Assembly: GCA_902623175.1 (NCBI GenBank)
Contig: CACNSR010000015.1
Coordinates: 2,889 to 66,888, forward strand
Reading direction: 5' to 3'
Length of the DNA stretch: 64,000 bases
DNA from: Halieaceae bacterium
GTDB lineage: Bacteria > Pseudomonadota > Gammaproteobacteria > Pseudomonadales > Halieaceae
Within the stretch, counting starts at the first letter, position 1; each line of letters begins with the position of its first letter. The translations under genes were made by a program, and so were the position numbers. The notes under the pieces were generated by a model. That model made no database searches, was not told the DNA's origin, and worked only from the letters and a program-made list of their open reading frames with translations. Of this stretch, positions 43,965 through 54,715 are shown piece by piece.

Positions 43965-44702
43965 ATGAACGGTAATTTCGTGACGGGCGCGGGATATTTT
44001 CTAAGCGGCCTGGCCATGACCTTTCAGCCAGGCCTGCGTCGCTTCGTCGTGATACCGCTGATTGCCAATGTGGTGCTGTTCAGCCTGATGGGTTGGCTGC
44101 TTTACGAGGTCATTAAAGACTTTTACGGGGCCGCGATGCTCACTGTGCCGGAGTGGCTGCAATTTCTGTCCTGGGTCATCACGCCGCTGCTGTGGTTGGC
44201 TGGAGGGCTAATGACGGGCTATGTCTCTACCCTGCTGGTACTGATGCTAACCTCACCCTTTCACGCCCTGCTGGCGGAAAAGGTCGAAGAATCAATTACG
44301 GGAGAGCCCGTGCCGGAATTGGAGGGTATCGCCGCGGCGCTCCTCGAAGTCCCGCGAGCCCTGTTCCGGGAGATCCGAAAGTTTCTCTACTACGTCCCGA
44401 TGGCACTGTCGGTGCTGATACTGACCATCATTCCGGGTTTCAACGCTTTCGCCCCGCTGGGCTGGTTTTTGCTGGGAGCATGGATGATGAGTCTGCAATT
44501 TGTCGACTATCCAATGGGTAATCACGGATTGCAGTTTCGGGACGTGCGCGACGCGTGCGCAGAGCGAAGATTATCGACGATTGGCTTTGGCGGCACGATA
44601 GCCGTTTTCACCGGCATCCCACTCTTGAACCTGGTCGTAATTCCTGCGGCGGTGATTGGCGCAACGCTACTGTGGTGCGAAGAACTGAGATCGCAACGCT
44701 AG
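43965..44702 (+). CDS. cysZ: CysZ/EI24-family membrane protein
   Basis: PGLRRFV.IPL..N, SPF...LAEKVE, Q..DYPM.NH, PAAV.GAT..W. Confidence 0.9.
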   Translation: MNGNFVTGAGYFLSGLAMTFQPGLRRFVVIPLIANVVLFSLMGWLLYEVIKDFYGAAMLTVPEWLQFLSWVITPLLWLAGGLMTGYVSTLLVLMLTSPFHALLAEKVEESITGEPVPELEGIAAALLEVPRALFREIRKFLYYVPMALSVLILTIIPGFNAFAPLGWFLLGAWMMSLQFVDYPMGNHGLQFRDVRDACAERRLSTIGFGGTIAVFTGIPLLNLVVIPAAVIGATLLWCEELRSQR

Positions 44703-45931
44703 GCGTTATCGTCGGCAGCCGGCGGCGCCATACAAGCCAGAGAGTGACCGAGCAAGGCCTCTATGTCGGGCAACAGAAAGGCATCATCTTCGCTGGCGAA
44801 GCTAATGGACACACCCGTGGCCCCCGCACGGCCAGTGCGACCAATGCGGTGAACGTAATCCTCCGGGTCCTCTGGCAGGTTGTAGTTCACTACGTGGGAA
44901 ATGCCTTCTACGTGGATCCCGCGCCCCGCAACATCTGTGGCGACCATGACTTTAGAGCGCCCTGATTTAAAGTTCTCAAGCGTTTTGGTGCGTTTAGCCT
45001 GAGTGATTTCCCCAGAGAGCATGCCGCACTGGACACCTTCCTTCCGGAGCTTCTCGTAGAGCCTCCTCACCTGATCGCGCCGGTTGGCAAAAACAATGAC
45101 GCTCTCGACGGCGGGGTCGTTGAGCAGATCCATAAGCACGGGGAAACGCTCACGGCTGGAAACCAGATACACCTTTTGATCTACCGATGCCGTCGCCACC
45201 CGCTCAGGCTCAATCTCAACGGTGATGGGCTCAAAGGTCCACTGCCTGGCCAGATTGATGATGTCTTGAGTAAAGGTGGCTGAGAACAGCAGGGTCTGTC
45301 GATCTTCCTTGTGGGGCGTCGCGCGGACAATGCGCTTCACCTGCGGAATAAACCCCATGTCCAACATGCGATCCGCTTCATCTAGAACCAGCGTTTCCAC
45401 CCGGTCCAATGTCAGGTCACGCCGCTCCATAAAGTCGATCAGGCGGCCAGGTGTCGCAACGATGAGATCAACCGGTGCCTGGTTCACCTTGTTCAACTGC
45501 TTCTGGTAGTCCGCACCACCAATCAGCGTCACCGTTTTCAATCCGGTAAAACGCCCCAGTTCAGCTGCATCAGCGGCGATTTGCATAACCAGTTCACGCG
45601 TCGGCGCAATGATCACCGCGCGCGGCTCGCCCAAGTACCGTTCCCCGTCAATAGGGTGGTTGAGCAGATCATTAAATATCGTAATTAAAAAGGCAGCCGT
45701 TTTACCTGTGCCTGTCTGTGCCTTGCCGATAGCGTCATTACCCACAAGGGTATGCGGCAGGATGCGACCCTGAATAGGCGAACAAAACTCAAAGCCCAGT
45801 GCATCAATGCCCCGCTGCACGGATGCATCGAGATCCAGCGTCTCAAACTTTACTTGTTCAGTTGGCGCGGGAGTAGCGGACTCAAGCGGTTCGCTCTGCG
45901 CGGCGGCGTTTTCTTGCACGCTATCTTGCAC
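44699..45931 (-). CDS. rhlB: DEAD-box RNA helicase (RhlB-like)
   Basis: AQTGTGKT, PTREL, DEAD, SAT, HRIGRTGR. Confidence 0.88.
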   Translation of the reverse strand: MQDSVQENAAAQSEPLESATPAPTEQVKFETLDLDASVQRGIDALGFEFCSPIQGRILPHTLVGNDAIGKAQTGTGKTAAFLITIFNDLLNHPIDGERYLGEPRAVIIAPTRELVMQIAADAAELGRFTGLKTVTLIGGADYQKQLNKVNQAPVDLIVATPGRLIDFMERRDLTLDRVETLVLDEADRMLDMGFIPQVKRIVRATPHKEDRQTLLFSATFTQDIINLARQWTFEPITVEIEPERVATASVDQKVYLVSSRERFPVLMDLLNDPAVESVIVFANRRDQVRRLYEKLRKEGVQCGMLSGEITQAKRTKTLENFKSGRSKVMVATDVAGRGIHVEGISHVVNYNLPEDPEDYVHRIGRTGRAGATGVSISFASEDDAFLLPDIEALLGHSLACMAPPAADDNA

Positions 45932-46025
45932 GACGGTAGCCGAAAAAAATGAGCGCGAAGTCTAGCACAGGGAACGGGTTAGAATGCGCGTGCTTTTAGA
46001 CTCGGCAACGCCCTGACTATCGACC

Positions 46026-47396
46026 ATGAATAACGCTGATTCATCCCGGTTCGCCTCGCAGATGCTGGCTGAGCTGCGCCCACTGTGGCGCATTGCTTGG
46101 CCGCTGCTGATTGCACAGACCGCCCAAATCGGCACCGGGGTGGTCGACACATTGATGGCGGGCAATTACGGCGATGTCGACCTGGCCGCCATCGCGGTGG
46201 GTTTCAATATCTGGCTGCCGCTCTATCTGATCATATTGGGCACGCTATTCGCCTGCTCGGCGATCGTGGCGCAGGATTTTGGCGCAGGGCAAATGGAGCG
46301 CGTGCGCAGTTTTCTTCCGCAGGGGCTCTGGGTAGCGGTGGCGCTCAGCGCGGTAATGACACCACTTTGCCTCAATAGCGATATCGCGATCGCGTTGCTG
46401 GGACTCCCCGAAGAGACGGCGGCCAAAACCAGCGCCTATGTGAGTCGCGTAGGCCTTGGCTTCCCTGCCCTCGGCATCTTTATGGCGCTTCGCTATCACA
46501 CTCAGGGCTTGGGCATCACTGCGCCCTTTGCGTTTGCGAGCGTGGTGGGCTTCTTCGCCAACGTGCCGCTTAACTATATGCTGATATTTGGCGCATGGGG
46601 CGCGCCTGAACTTGGCGCAGTAGGCTGTGGCCTCGCCACCGCGGCGTCCATGTGGATCAGCACGCTCATCATTTTGCTGTATGTCCTTTCGGCGCGCTCC
46701 CTGCAGCCTTACCTACCGAACCGTTGGTTCGAGGGGCCTGATTGGGGGCGTATAAGTGAAATTCTTATCGTGGGCTTACCAGTTGGGCTGACCTTCTTCT
46801 TGGAGACGGGTGTCTTTTCCGCCATCACGCTACTGATCGCGACACTCGGCGACGCGGCGGTTGCCGCGCATCAAATCGCCATCAATGTGTGGGACGTTTT
46901 CTACATTCCCATGGTCAGCGTTGGCAGTGCCATGGCAACTCGCATGGGCCACGCTATCGGCGCGCGGAACGCGCAAGGCGTACGCATGGCGCTTCGGGTA
47001 GGTGCCGCCCTCTCCACGCTTATCGGGCTGCTGGCTATGTCGCTGTTGTTACTATTTCCGGATGCCATTATCGGGGCGTATACCCAGTCCGAGGACATTC
47101 GGGATCTCGCGCTCAGGCTTCTGCGACTGGCAGCGCTGTTCATCATGATCGACGTCGTTCAGATTGTGGGGTCATTTGTGCTGCGCGCTTATAAGGAGAC
47201 CCGCTTTCCGTTCATCGTCGTGACGCTGTCCTACTGGGGCCTTGCACTGCCGCTAGGTTATCTGCTGGCCATCCACTGGGGCGGTGGCTCGCCCGATGGC
47301 ACAGTAGACTTCTGGTACACCACCATTCTGGGTATTACGGTTGCAGCTGCCCTGATTACCTGGCGTGTGAGGCGGATTCTGAGCACGCTGGAATGA
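46026..47396 (+). CDS. MATE efflux transporter (NorM-like)
   Basis: VDT.MAG, DLAA, G.PELG.VGCG.AT, AAHQIA; about 12 TM. Confidence 0.9.
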   Translation: MNNADSSRFASQMLAELRPLWRIAWPLLIAQTAQIGTGVVDTLMAGNYGDVDLAAIAVGFNIWLPLYLIILGTLFACSAIVAQDFGAGQMERVRSFLPQGLWVAVALSAVMTPLCLNSDIAIALLGLPEETAAKTSAYVSRVGLGFPALGIFMALRYHTQGLGITAPFAFASVVGFFANVPLNYMLIFGAWGAPELGAVGCGLATAASMWISTLIILLYVLSARSLQPYLPNRWFEGPDWGRISEILIVGLPVGLTFFLETGVFSAITLLIATLGDAAVAAHQIAINVWDVFYIPMVSVGSAMATRMGHAIGARNAQGVRMALRVGAALSTLIGLLAMSLLLLFPDAIIGAYTQSEDIRDLALRLLRLAALFIMIDVVQIVGSFVLRAYKETRFPFIVVTLSYWGLALPLGYLLAIHWGGGSPDGTVDFWYTTILGITVAAALITWRVRRILSTLE

Positions 47397-47403
47397 TGGA
47401 TCG

Positions 47404-48162
47404 CTATGTAGAGAGGGTCTGACAGAGTTCGCAGTCTCCGCAGACAGAGAGTCCAAGTTTACGGGTCTCTCCCGTCCAGGCGTCCAGCATATGCAGGTAA
47501 CCAGACGGGAGTGCCGCGCCCACGAGATAACGGATCACCAACAGAGTCTGATGCAACGCCACCAGACCGACCACTGGTCCAAGGATGCCGAGCTCCGCGC
47601 AACCAAGGTTTTCCGGGGAGTCCGGCTCTCTCATCAGGCAGTGGTAGCAACCCTCGCGGCGCGTCTCATCAAATGCTGCCCACTGACCCGATGTCCCCAC
47701 CGCTGCACCCAAAACCCAGGGCAGCCTGGCGGCATATGTCGCCCGGTCAATGTCCAGTCGCGCTTGCAGGGAATCGGTGGCATCCAACACAATATCGACA
47801 CCCTCAAGGAGCGCTGGCGCGGTATCACCGTTAAATCGGACGCAGTGGGCATCAACGGCAATTCCTCCGTTGGCATCCCTCAGCCGTTGCGCGAGCACCC
47901 CCACCTTTAATTGCCCAAGGTCGTCCTCAGTGTACGCCAACTGGCGAGGCAGATTACTCAGCGCTATTCGGTCATCATCCGCGAGGCGAACAGATCCCAC
48001 TCCCGCGCCCGCAAGGTACTGGGCTGCGGGGGTGCCCAGTCCACCTGCACCAACAACCAGTACGCGACTCTGTTTCAGCCTTGCCTGCCCCTCCAGATCG
48101 ACCTCAGGCAGGATCAACTGACGTGCGTAGCGCGCCAGCTCATTGTCGCTCAATGCGGCCAT
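47404..48162 (-). CDS. moeB: MoeB/ThiF-family adenylyltransferase
   Basis: RYARQ, GAGGLG, SNL.RQ, CYHC and C..C zinc motifs; follows prmC. Confidence 0.85.
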   Translation of the reverse strand: MAALSDNELARYARQLILPEVDLEGQARLKQSRVLVVGAGGLGTPAAQYLAGAGVGSVRLADDDRIALSNLPRQLAYTEDDLGQLKVGVLAQRLRDANGGIAVDAHCVRFNGDTAPALLEGVDIVLDATDSLQARLDIDRATYAARLPWVLGAAVGTSGQWAAFDETRREGCYHCLMREPDSPENLGCAELGILGPVVGLVALHQTLLVIRYLVGAALPSGYLHMLDAWTGETRKLGLSVCGDCELCQTLST

Positions 48163-48959
48163 TGTCCCCCCGTCATGCGCGGCTGGCTGGACCAATCCCG
48201 GCGAGAGGTGATCTGCTGAAAACCGCGGTCCTGCATACACTCCGTGACGGCATCGGCCTGATCAAAGCCATGTTCAAATAACAGCCACCCGCCAGAGACC
48301 AAATATTCCGGGGCGTGTTCAACAATATGCTCGATGGATTCCAGACCAGTCTGTCCGCCAATCAACGCGCTATCCGGCTCAGCGGGCAGATCACCCTGTT
48401 TAAGGTGCGCATCTGATGCGCTGATATAGGGTGGGTTGGAAACCACCAGATCCCACTGGGCGCCACCCAGTTGCTCAAACCAATGACTTTCAAGCCACTC
48501 CACCTGCATGTCCAGTGAACGAGCATTGGCCTCGGCACAGGCAAGCGCCTCCGCGCTGCAATCGATCGCCGTTAACATCGCATGAGGTCGCTCGGACTTG
48601 CAGGCTAGCGCAATCGCGCCGCTGCCGGTCCCCAAATCGAGTACACGCCTCGAGCCCGCATCAATACGCTCAATCGCCCACTCGACCAAATGCTCTGTCT
48701 CCCGCCGCGGAATCAACACATGACGATTCACACCTAGCCGCAGTGACCGAAAATCTCGATACCCCAGCACGTACGCCAGGGGCTCACCGGTCAAACGCGC
48801 CTTGGCATGATCAATAAAAAGTGTCAGCGCCGGCTCTGCCACTGGATCCTCGCCATGGGCAAACAGCCAGGCGCGCTCTACCTCGAGCACGTCGGCGAGC
48901 AGTATTTCAGCCTCGATTCGATCGATGCGCGCCTGCTGGATCAGCTCACGAACCTTCAT
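48150..48959 (-). CDS. prmC: Release factor glutamine methyltransferase
   Basis: GEPLAY, LIPR.ETE, DLGTGSG, SNPPY, EHG..Q. Confidence 0.96.
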   Translation of the reverse strand: MKVRELIQQARIDRIEAEILLADVLEVERAWLFAHGEDPVAEPALTLFIDHAKARLTGEPLAYVLGYRDFRSLRLGVNRHVLIPRRETEHLVEWAIERIDAGSRRVLDLGTGSGAIALACKSERPHAMLTAIDCSAEALACAEANARSLDMQVEWLESHWFEQLGGAQWDLVVSNPPYISASDAHLKQGDLPAEPDSALIGGQTGLESIEHIVEHAPEYLVSGGWLLFEHGFDQADAVTECMQDRGFQQITSRRDWSSQPRMTGGQWPH

Positions 48960-50041
48960 TCCTCTGCCATCGCAGCCAACAAATCGGCTTGGTGCTCTTG
49001 CCGGAGCGGCAGAATGAGCGGATCCAGGTCACCGCTGACCACCTCATCTAATTTGTATAGTGTGAGATTGATTCGGTGATCCGTAATTCGGCCCTGCGGA
49101 AAATTGTAAGTGCGGATCCGCTCCGAGCGATCTCCTGAACCCACCAGTGAACGTCGCTCGGAAGCCTGTGAGGCGCGCTGACTCTCCTGCTCTGCCGAGA
49201 GCAGTTTTGCCTGCAAAAGAGATATCGCTCTGGCGCGATTTTTATGCTGCGAGCGCTCATCCTGACATTCGACGACAATGCCCGTCGGAAGATGAGTCAG
49301 GCGCACCGCCGAATCGGTGGTGTTTACGTGCTGGCCACCGGCCCCGGACGACCGGAAGGTATCGACGCGGAGATCCTCTTTGCGGATATCGATGCTATCG
49401 ACCTCTTCCAGCTCAGGCAGCACTGCCACCGTGCAGGCAGAAGTGTGAATCCGACCTTGAGATTCGGTTTCGGGAACGCGTTGCACCCGGTGAGCGCCTG
49501 ATTCGAATTTGAGGTGACTGTAGACATCCCGTCCGGCCACTCTGCTGATTAATTCCTTGTAACCGCCATGCTCACCGGACCGCTCTGACAGGATTTCCAC
49601 CGACCAACCCTTCTGTTCGGCATAGCGGTGATACATCCTGAACAGATCTCCGGAAAAGATCGCCGCCTCATCGCCACCGGTGCCCGCGCGGATCTCAAGG
49701 AAAACGTTACTGCCGTCATTAGGGTCGCTCGGCAACAGCAAGACTTGGAGTGCAGACTCAATCTCATCTAAGGCGGCTGAAGCCTCTGCGACCTCCTCGG
49801 TAGCCAGAGCTTTGATTTCGGCATCCGAGTCCTCAAGCAGTTGTCTAGCGCCCTCCAATTCGACCTGCAGTTGCTGCCAGAGCTGATACTGCGCCACCAC
49901 GTCATTTAAGTGCGCAAACTCAACCGATAGATCGCGGAACCGATTCTGATCGTTGATCACCTCGGCATCACCCAGAAGGACCTCAACCTCCTGATGGCGG
50001 TCAGCCAGCGCCTCAAGCTTAGTCAGCAGAGATGCTTTCAC
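48956..50041 (-). CDS. prfA: Peptide chain release factor 1
   Basis: PET specificity motif, [13 protein letters not shown]. Confidence 0.98.
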   Translation of the reverse strand: MKASLLTKLEALADRHQEVEVLLGDAEVINDQNRFRDLSVEFAHLNDVVAQYQLWQQLQVELEGARQLLEDSDAEIKALATEEVAEASAALDEIESALQVLLLPSDPNDGSNVFLEIRAGTGGDEAAIFSGDLFRMYHRYAEQKGWSVEILSERSGEHGGYKELISRVAGRDVYSHLKFESGAHRVQRVPETESQGRIHTSACTVAVLPELEEVDSIDIRKEDLRVDTFRSSGAGGQHVNTTDSAVRLTHLPTGIVVECQDERSQHKNRARAISLLQAKLLSAEQESQRASQASERRSLVGSGDRSERIRTYNFPQGRITDHRINLTLYKLDEVVSGDLDPLILPLRQEHQADLLAAMAEE

Positions 50042-50062
50042 TGCGAGGATACCGGGGCAGTG

Positions 50063-51373
50063 TTATTGGAGGGTCGCGCCCTCGTCCCGCTCGTCATCGA
50101 AGTCTGTGAGCCCCAACATGGCGGCCAGTTTAGAAACATCGCGCTTGCCGCCTTCCTTCGCGAGTTGACGAAGCCCCGCGGTAGGGGCGTGAATCAATTT
50201 GTTGGTCAAGTCCCTAGCAAGGCGTCCCAGCACCTCCTCGGGGTCCGCGCCTTTTTCCAGCATTTTGAGCGCTTTATCGAGCTCGGCTTGCTGCAGGGCC
50301 AGCGCGGAGTCGCGGTAGGTCTTCACTATATCGGCTGATTGACGTTCAAGTAACCCATCTTTCAGCACCTCGATGCCCGAGGCGACAATTTCATCAGCCT
50401 TGCTCGCCTCTGACGCACGCAGACGCAGGTTTTCCTCGATGACCTCACGCATATCATCAACGGTGTAGAGATAGATATCGGGAATCTCAGCCACCTGCGG
50501 CTCAATATCCCTCGGCACCGCTAGATCGATCATGAGCATGGGCCGCCACCGCCGGGCTTTGACCGCCTCTTCTGCCGCACCCTTGCCCAGAATGGGCAAC
50601 TGGCTACCCGTTGAACTGATGACAATCTCGGCGTCTGGTAACCGCTCTGTGACATCAGCCAGCAGAATCGCCTCTGCATCAAACTGCGCGGCCAATTGCT
50701 CAGCGCGCTCGAGTGTCCGGTTGGCAATGATCAACTTGGAAACACCTGCCTCCCGCAAATGCCGGGCCACGAGTTCGATAGTCTCGCCAGCACCCAAAAG
50801 GAGTGCCGTGCTGCGTTCCATATCACTAAAGATCTGGCGCGCCAGATCAACCGCCGCATAGGCCACCGAAACCGGGTTTTCGCCAATAGCGGTATCTGTG
50901 CGTACCTTTTTCGCGATCCGGAAGGCTTCCGAGAAAATCAGGTTGAGGTGAAAGCCGACCGCTCCCGCCTCCTGCGCTACGGCAAAGGCGGATTTCATCT
51001 GCCCAAAGATCTGCGGTTCACCGAGCACCATGGAGTTCAGACCGGCGGCCACTCTCACCAAATGCGAGGCTGCCGCCACCCCGTGATTACGATAAACAGA
51101 GGGCGATAACTGATTGATGTCCAGCTCATGGTGGGCAGCAAGCCAATCCGCCACCTGATCACTAGCACTGACGCCGTCCACATTGTCGGGCATTACGCCA
51201 TAGAGCTCCGTCCGGTTGCATGTGGACAGGATTACTGCCTCGCTGAGCTGGGTATCTCGAATCAGGGCACTCAGCGACTCGTGCACTTTTTCCGGGGCAA
51301 AAGCAATGCGCTCTCGCAGCTCTACGGAGGCCGAGTCGTGATTTACGCCAACTACTACCAGCTTGTTCAACAT
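50063..51373 (-). CDS. hemA: Glutamyl-tRNA reductase
   Basis: STCNRTE, GEPQI.GQ, GAGE, DLAVPRD, NKL.H.P; start set at ATG 51373. Confidence 0.96.
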   Translation of the reverse strand: MLNKLVVVGVNHDSASVELRERIAFAPEKVHESLSALIRDTQLSEAVILSTCNRTELYGVMPDNVDGVSASDQVADWLAAHHELDINQLSPSVYRNHGVAAASHLVRVAAGLNSMVLGEPQIFGQMKSAFAVAQEAGAVGFHLNLIFSEAFRIAKKVRTDTAIGENPVSVAYAAVDLARQIFSDMERSTALLLGAGETIELVARHLREAGVSKLIIANRTLERAEQLAAQFDAEAILLADVTERLPDAEIVISSTGSQLPILGKGAAEEAVKARRWRPMLMIDLAVPRDIEPQVAEIPDIYLYTVDDMREVIEENLRLRASEASKADEIVASGIEVLKDGLLERQSADIVKTYRDSALALQQAELDKALKMLEKGADPEEVLGRLARDLTNKLIHAPTAGLRQLAKEGGKRDVSKLAAMLGLTDFDDERDEGATLQ

Positions 51374-51479
51374 GGCTTTGGTCAAAACCCTCGCCATTCA
51401 TCCCAAGTTGCTATCATAGCATTTACTGCTTACTGACACGCCGCAGGGGCTCCGCGCCTTTGTGGCACTATGACGGCCC

Positions 51480-53204
51480 ATGATTGTCCCTCGCTCCGCC
51501 TCTATCTCGCTCGCACTGCTTCTTGCAGCGTGCGCCACCTCGGCACCCGACCTGAACGTCGAGGCGCCGGTGGCAGTTTACGAGGTGGAGACCGCTGATA
51601 CACTCGTACCCCAACCTGAGACGCCGATTCCGAATGAGAGCCTGCTACCACTATTGCAGGCCGAATTCGCCTTACGTCAGCGCGATTTTGAGCAGGGTCT
51701 CGCGTTGCTGGCCGAGCAGGCAATCTTACTGGAAGACCCGGCGCTGGCGCGGCGCGCACTGCGACTGGCGGAGTTCGTCAACGTCACTGATCAGGCCGCA
51801 ATGATGGCGGTGCGATTGGTTGAACTCGACCCCGATGATGGCGCTGCCGCCGCCGCTGCCTCGGGTTGGCTCTCGAGAGCGGGACGTCCTGTCGATGCCG
51901 TATATTATGCCAAGCTCGCCTTTGAGCACGGACATCCGGTCAACGTCGCGACCAATCTTGGCAACTATGACGCGCTGGATGAGGGCAGTCAGATAGCGAT
52001 TGCCGGGACGATCCGCGCTATCGCCGCGCAGTGGCCAGAGAATGATCAGGCAGCGATCGCAGCCTGCTTGGTGGCCCGACTTGAGGGAGATTTGAAACGG
52101 GCAGAGTCCTTCATTCTGCCTGTGCTTAAGCGCTCGCCAACGGATATTCGCGCTGTCATGCTCTGGACCCAGCTCATGCTGGACCAAGGCGTCGACGATC
52201 CTTTTAATTTGCTCGCGACCACGGTGGCGCGCTATCCCGACAATCAGGAGCTGCGCCTGCAGTACGCTCGGCTGCTCGGTTCAGAAGGGAACTATCCGAG
52301 CGCCCGAGCTCAGTTTGTTTTATTGCTCGAACGCGACCCAGAAAATGCCGAACTCCTCTCCACTGCTGCGCTGCTCGACTTTGAACTCGAGTACTTCGAC
52401 GCGGCGCTGAGCAAATTTCAGCAGGTCATCACACTGGGTGAGACGCTTGATGAGGCGCACTACTACATCGGCCGAATCGAGATGGCGAACGACCGTTACC
52501 CCGAGGCCATTGCTGCTTTCGCGGCAGTGGGCCCCTCGCGGGAGTTTCGGGATGCCAAAGCCCTCGCCGTCCAGTTACTGATCGACACTGCTTTCGCCAG
52601 CGATATCAAAGCGTTCTTCGACAATCAACGGCGCGCCTATCCGAATGCCGCGGAACAACTTTTTTTGCTCGAAGCCGACTCATTGCGAGACTGGTCGGGC
52701 GAGTCTATCAAAGCCTATGACCGTGGCCTGATCGCTTTTCCGCAGTCATTCTCTCTCCTGTATGGCCGCGCGATGGTGCACGAGTCCGAAGGCCAGCTGG
52801 GCGAGATGGAAAACGACCTGCGCAGCATTCTCGCGCAGGACCCCAACCACGCAGCCACGCTCAATGCCCTGGGCTACACGCTGACCAACCACACACAGCG
52901 TTATGAAGAAGCCGCTGATCTGATTGAGCGCGCGCTCGCGCTGTCACCCGGTGATCCCGCCATCCTCGACAGTCTGGGGTGGGTGTATTACAAGCTAGGT
53001 CAGTACAACGATTCCGAGGCGCTGCTGCGCGAGGCACATAGCGCCCTCCCAGACCCAGAAGTCGCGGCTCACCTCGGCGAGGTATTATGGGTCCAAGGAA
53101 GGCAATTCGAGGCGCGTGACGTGTGGCGCGACGGATTGAGTCGAGTGCCAGACCATCCCATCATTCTAGAGACGGTGAAACGGCTGGGCGCTGAACTACC
53201 GTGA
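51480..53204 (+). CDS. TPR-repeat lipoprotein
   Basis: Lipobox LAAC, LNALGY.L, DSLGW..Y, EVAAHLGEVLW; conserved gene divergent from hemA. Confidence 0.88.
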   Translation: MIVPRSASISLALLLAACATSAPDLNVEAPVAVYEVETADTLVPQPETPIPNESLLPLLQAEFALRQRDFEQGLALLAEQAILLEDPALARRALRLAEFVNVTDQAAMMAVRLVELDPDDGAAAAAASGWLSRAGRPVDAVYYAKLAFEHGHPVNVATNLGNYDALDEGSQIAIAGTIRAIAAQWPENDQAAIAACLVARLEGDLKRAESFILPVLKRSPTDIRAVMLWTQLMLDQGVDDPFNLLATTVARYPDNQELRLQYARLLGSEGNYPSARAQFVLLLERDPENAELLSTAALLDFELEYFDAALSKFQQVITLGETLDEAHYYIGRIEMANDRYPEAIAAFAAVGPSREFRDAKALAVQLLIDTAFASDIKAFFDNQRRAYPNAAEQLFLLEADSLRDWSGESIKAYDRGLIAFPQSFSLLYGRAMVHESEGQLGEMENDLRSILAQDPNHAATLNALGYTLTNHTQRYEEAADLIERALALSPGDPAILDSLGWVYYKLGQYNDSEALLREAHSALPDPEVAAHLGEVLWVQGRQFEARDVWRDGLSRVPDHPIILETVKRLGAELP

Positions 53205-53779
53205 TCCAGGGTCTGAGCTCAACAGGTCGAGGCCGCTATGTGAGGGCTTGGCTCTGGTTTAGTCTGACCGTCCTCATTTCCACAGGCTGCGCAGGCTTGG
53301 ACCCGAAGAGCGAGGATCCTATGGAGGCGCTTTCTAGAGCGCCCGATGATCTTGTCGATTGGACAGCAAAAGGGAAAGCCTCTTTTACCTACCAAGGCGT
53401 CACGGAGGCCGCGCGCTTTTATTGGGCCCGGAGCACGCCACAGGACGATGCCATCACCTTGTCGGGCCCCTTCTCCATGAACCGCCAGACGATAGAGCGC
53501 CGGGATGACCAACTCATATGGCGCGACGGAGACCAGATTCGACCACTGTCTGAAGTGGCCCCCGATTCACCCGCTCTTACCGCTTTGACCGCCATCCCGC
53601 CAGAAGCGCTGGGGCGTTGGTTACTGGGTGCTCAATCTGACTCATTGGCATGGGAAGTCGAGGCGAGTGAATGGCAAGCAGCTCCTCCCTGGCAAGCGCC
53701 CTCGCGGGTTACAATTCGCGGCAGCGACATAGAAATTAAGGTCATTATCTCGCGATGGGAATTCAGTCCGGCACTATAA
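53201..53779 (+). CDS. lolB: Outer membrane lipoprotein insertase LolB (divergent, compact)
   Basis: Lipobox STGC, W...GK, LSGP, P...L..WLLG, P..., I..W; between the TPR gene and ispE. Confidence 0.75.
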   Translation: MIQGLSSTGRGRYVRAWLWFSLTVLISTGCAGLDPKSEDPMEALSRAPDDLVDWTAKGKASFTYQGVTEAARFYWARSTPQDDAITLSGPFSMNRQTIERRDDQLIWRDGDQIRPLSEVAPDSPALTALTAIPPEALGRWLLGAQSDSLAWEVEASEWQAAPPWQAPSRVTIRGSDIEIKVIISRWEFSPAL

Positions 53780-54606
53780 CTGCGATTGAGGCCTGCTCCC
53801 CCGCAAAGCTCAATTTGTTTCTCCACGTGACCGGGCGCCGCCCCGACGGTTATCACTCGCTTCAGACGGTATTTCAGTTACTCAACTGGGGTGACGACAT
53901 GCGTTTTGAGGTCCGCACCGAGCCGGGCGTCACGCTGTCAGGTGATACGGACGATATTGCGCCCGAGCAAAACCTGATTCTTCAGGCAGCTCAAGCTCTA
54001 GGGCAAACCGACCGCGGAGCTCATATCCATATTCGCAAACGCATTCCAAGAGGCGGTGGGTTGGGTGGGGGCAGCTCCAACGCGGCGACCACTCTGCTGG
54101 CCCTCAATAGAGTATGGGGCCTAGGACTCGAGCAGGACGCTTTGCAAAGTTTGGCGACACCGCTGGGCGCCGACGTCCCGGTCTTTGTGATGGGTCAGAG
54201 TGCCTGGGCAGAAGGGGTTGGTGAGGTGCTTTCCGCCCTCGCTTTACCCAAGCGATGGTTTGTCATTGCGCAGCCGCATTGCACCGTCAGAACTGCCGAA
54301 ATCTTCGCCGATCCCGCGTTGACACGTCACACCCCGCCCATTACAGTGCAGGCCTTTTTTTCGGGGGCTGGCCATAATGATCTGCAGGATATTGTGCTGC
54401 CGCGTTACCCTGAGGTTCAGCAAGCGTGGGAATGGCTTAATCACCACTCCCTGACGGCAAGAATGACTGGTAGCGGCGCCTGCGTTTTTGCCGCGCTGGA
54501 GACAGAGGAATCAGCGCGCCAAATTGCGGCCGAGGCCCCGGACGGGCTGACTGTTGTCGTTGCCGAAGGCGTGGACCGACTCCCCGAAATGCGGGTAGTC
54601 GGATAA
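53755..54606 (+). CDS. ispE: CDP-ME kinase
   Basis: PAKLNLFL, DGYH.LQT, GGGLGGGSSNAA, LGADVP, MTGSG. Confidence 0.96.
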   Translation: MGIQSGTITAIEACSPAKLNLFLHVTGRRPDGYHSLQTVFQLLNWGDDMRFEVRTEPGVTLSGDTDDIAPEQNLILQAAQALGQTDRGAHIHIRKRIPRGGGLGGGSSNAATTLLALNRVWGLGLEQDALQSLATPLGADVPVFVMGQSAWAEGVGEVLSALALPKRWFVIAQPHCTVRTAEIFADPALTRHTPPITVQAFFSGAGHNDLQDIVLPRYPEVQQAWEWLNHHSLTARMTGSGACVFAALETEESARQIAAEAPDGLTVVVAEGVDRLPEMRVVG

Positions 54607-54616
54607 GGGGTTTGTT

Positions 54617-54691
54617 TGGGGCGTCGCCAAGTGGCAAGGCAGCGGGTTTTGATCCCGCCATTCGGAGGTTCGAATCCTCCCGCCCCAGCCA
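54617..54691 (+). tRNA. tRNA-Gln (TTG)
   Basis: TGGGGCG acceptor, anticodon arm GCGGG-TTTTGAT-CCCGC, GGTTCGAATCC, CCA end; 75 nt. Confidence 0.97.
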
Positions 54692-54715
54692 TCTTTCATA
54701 GGGTGAGGTAAAAGA

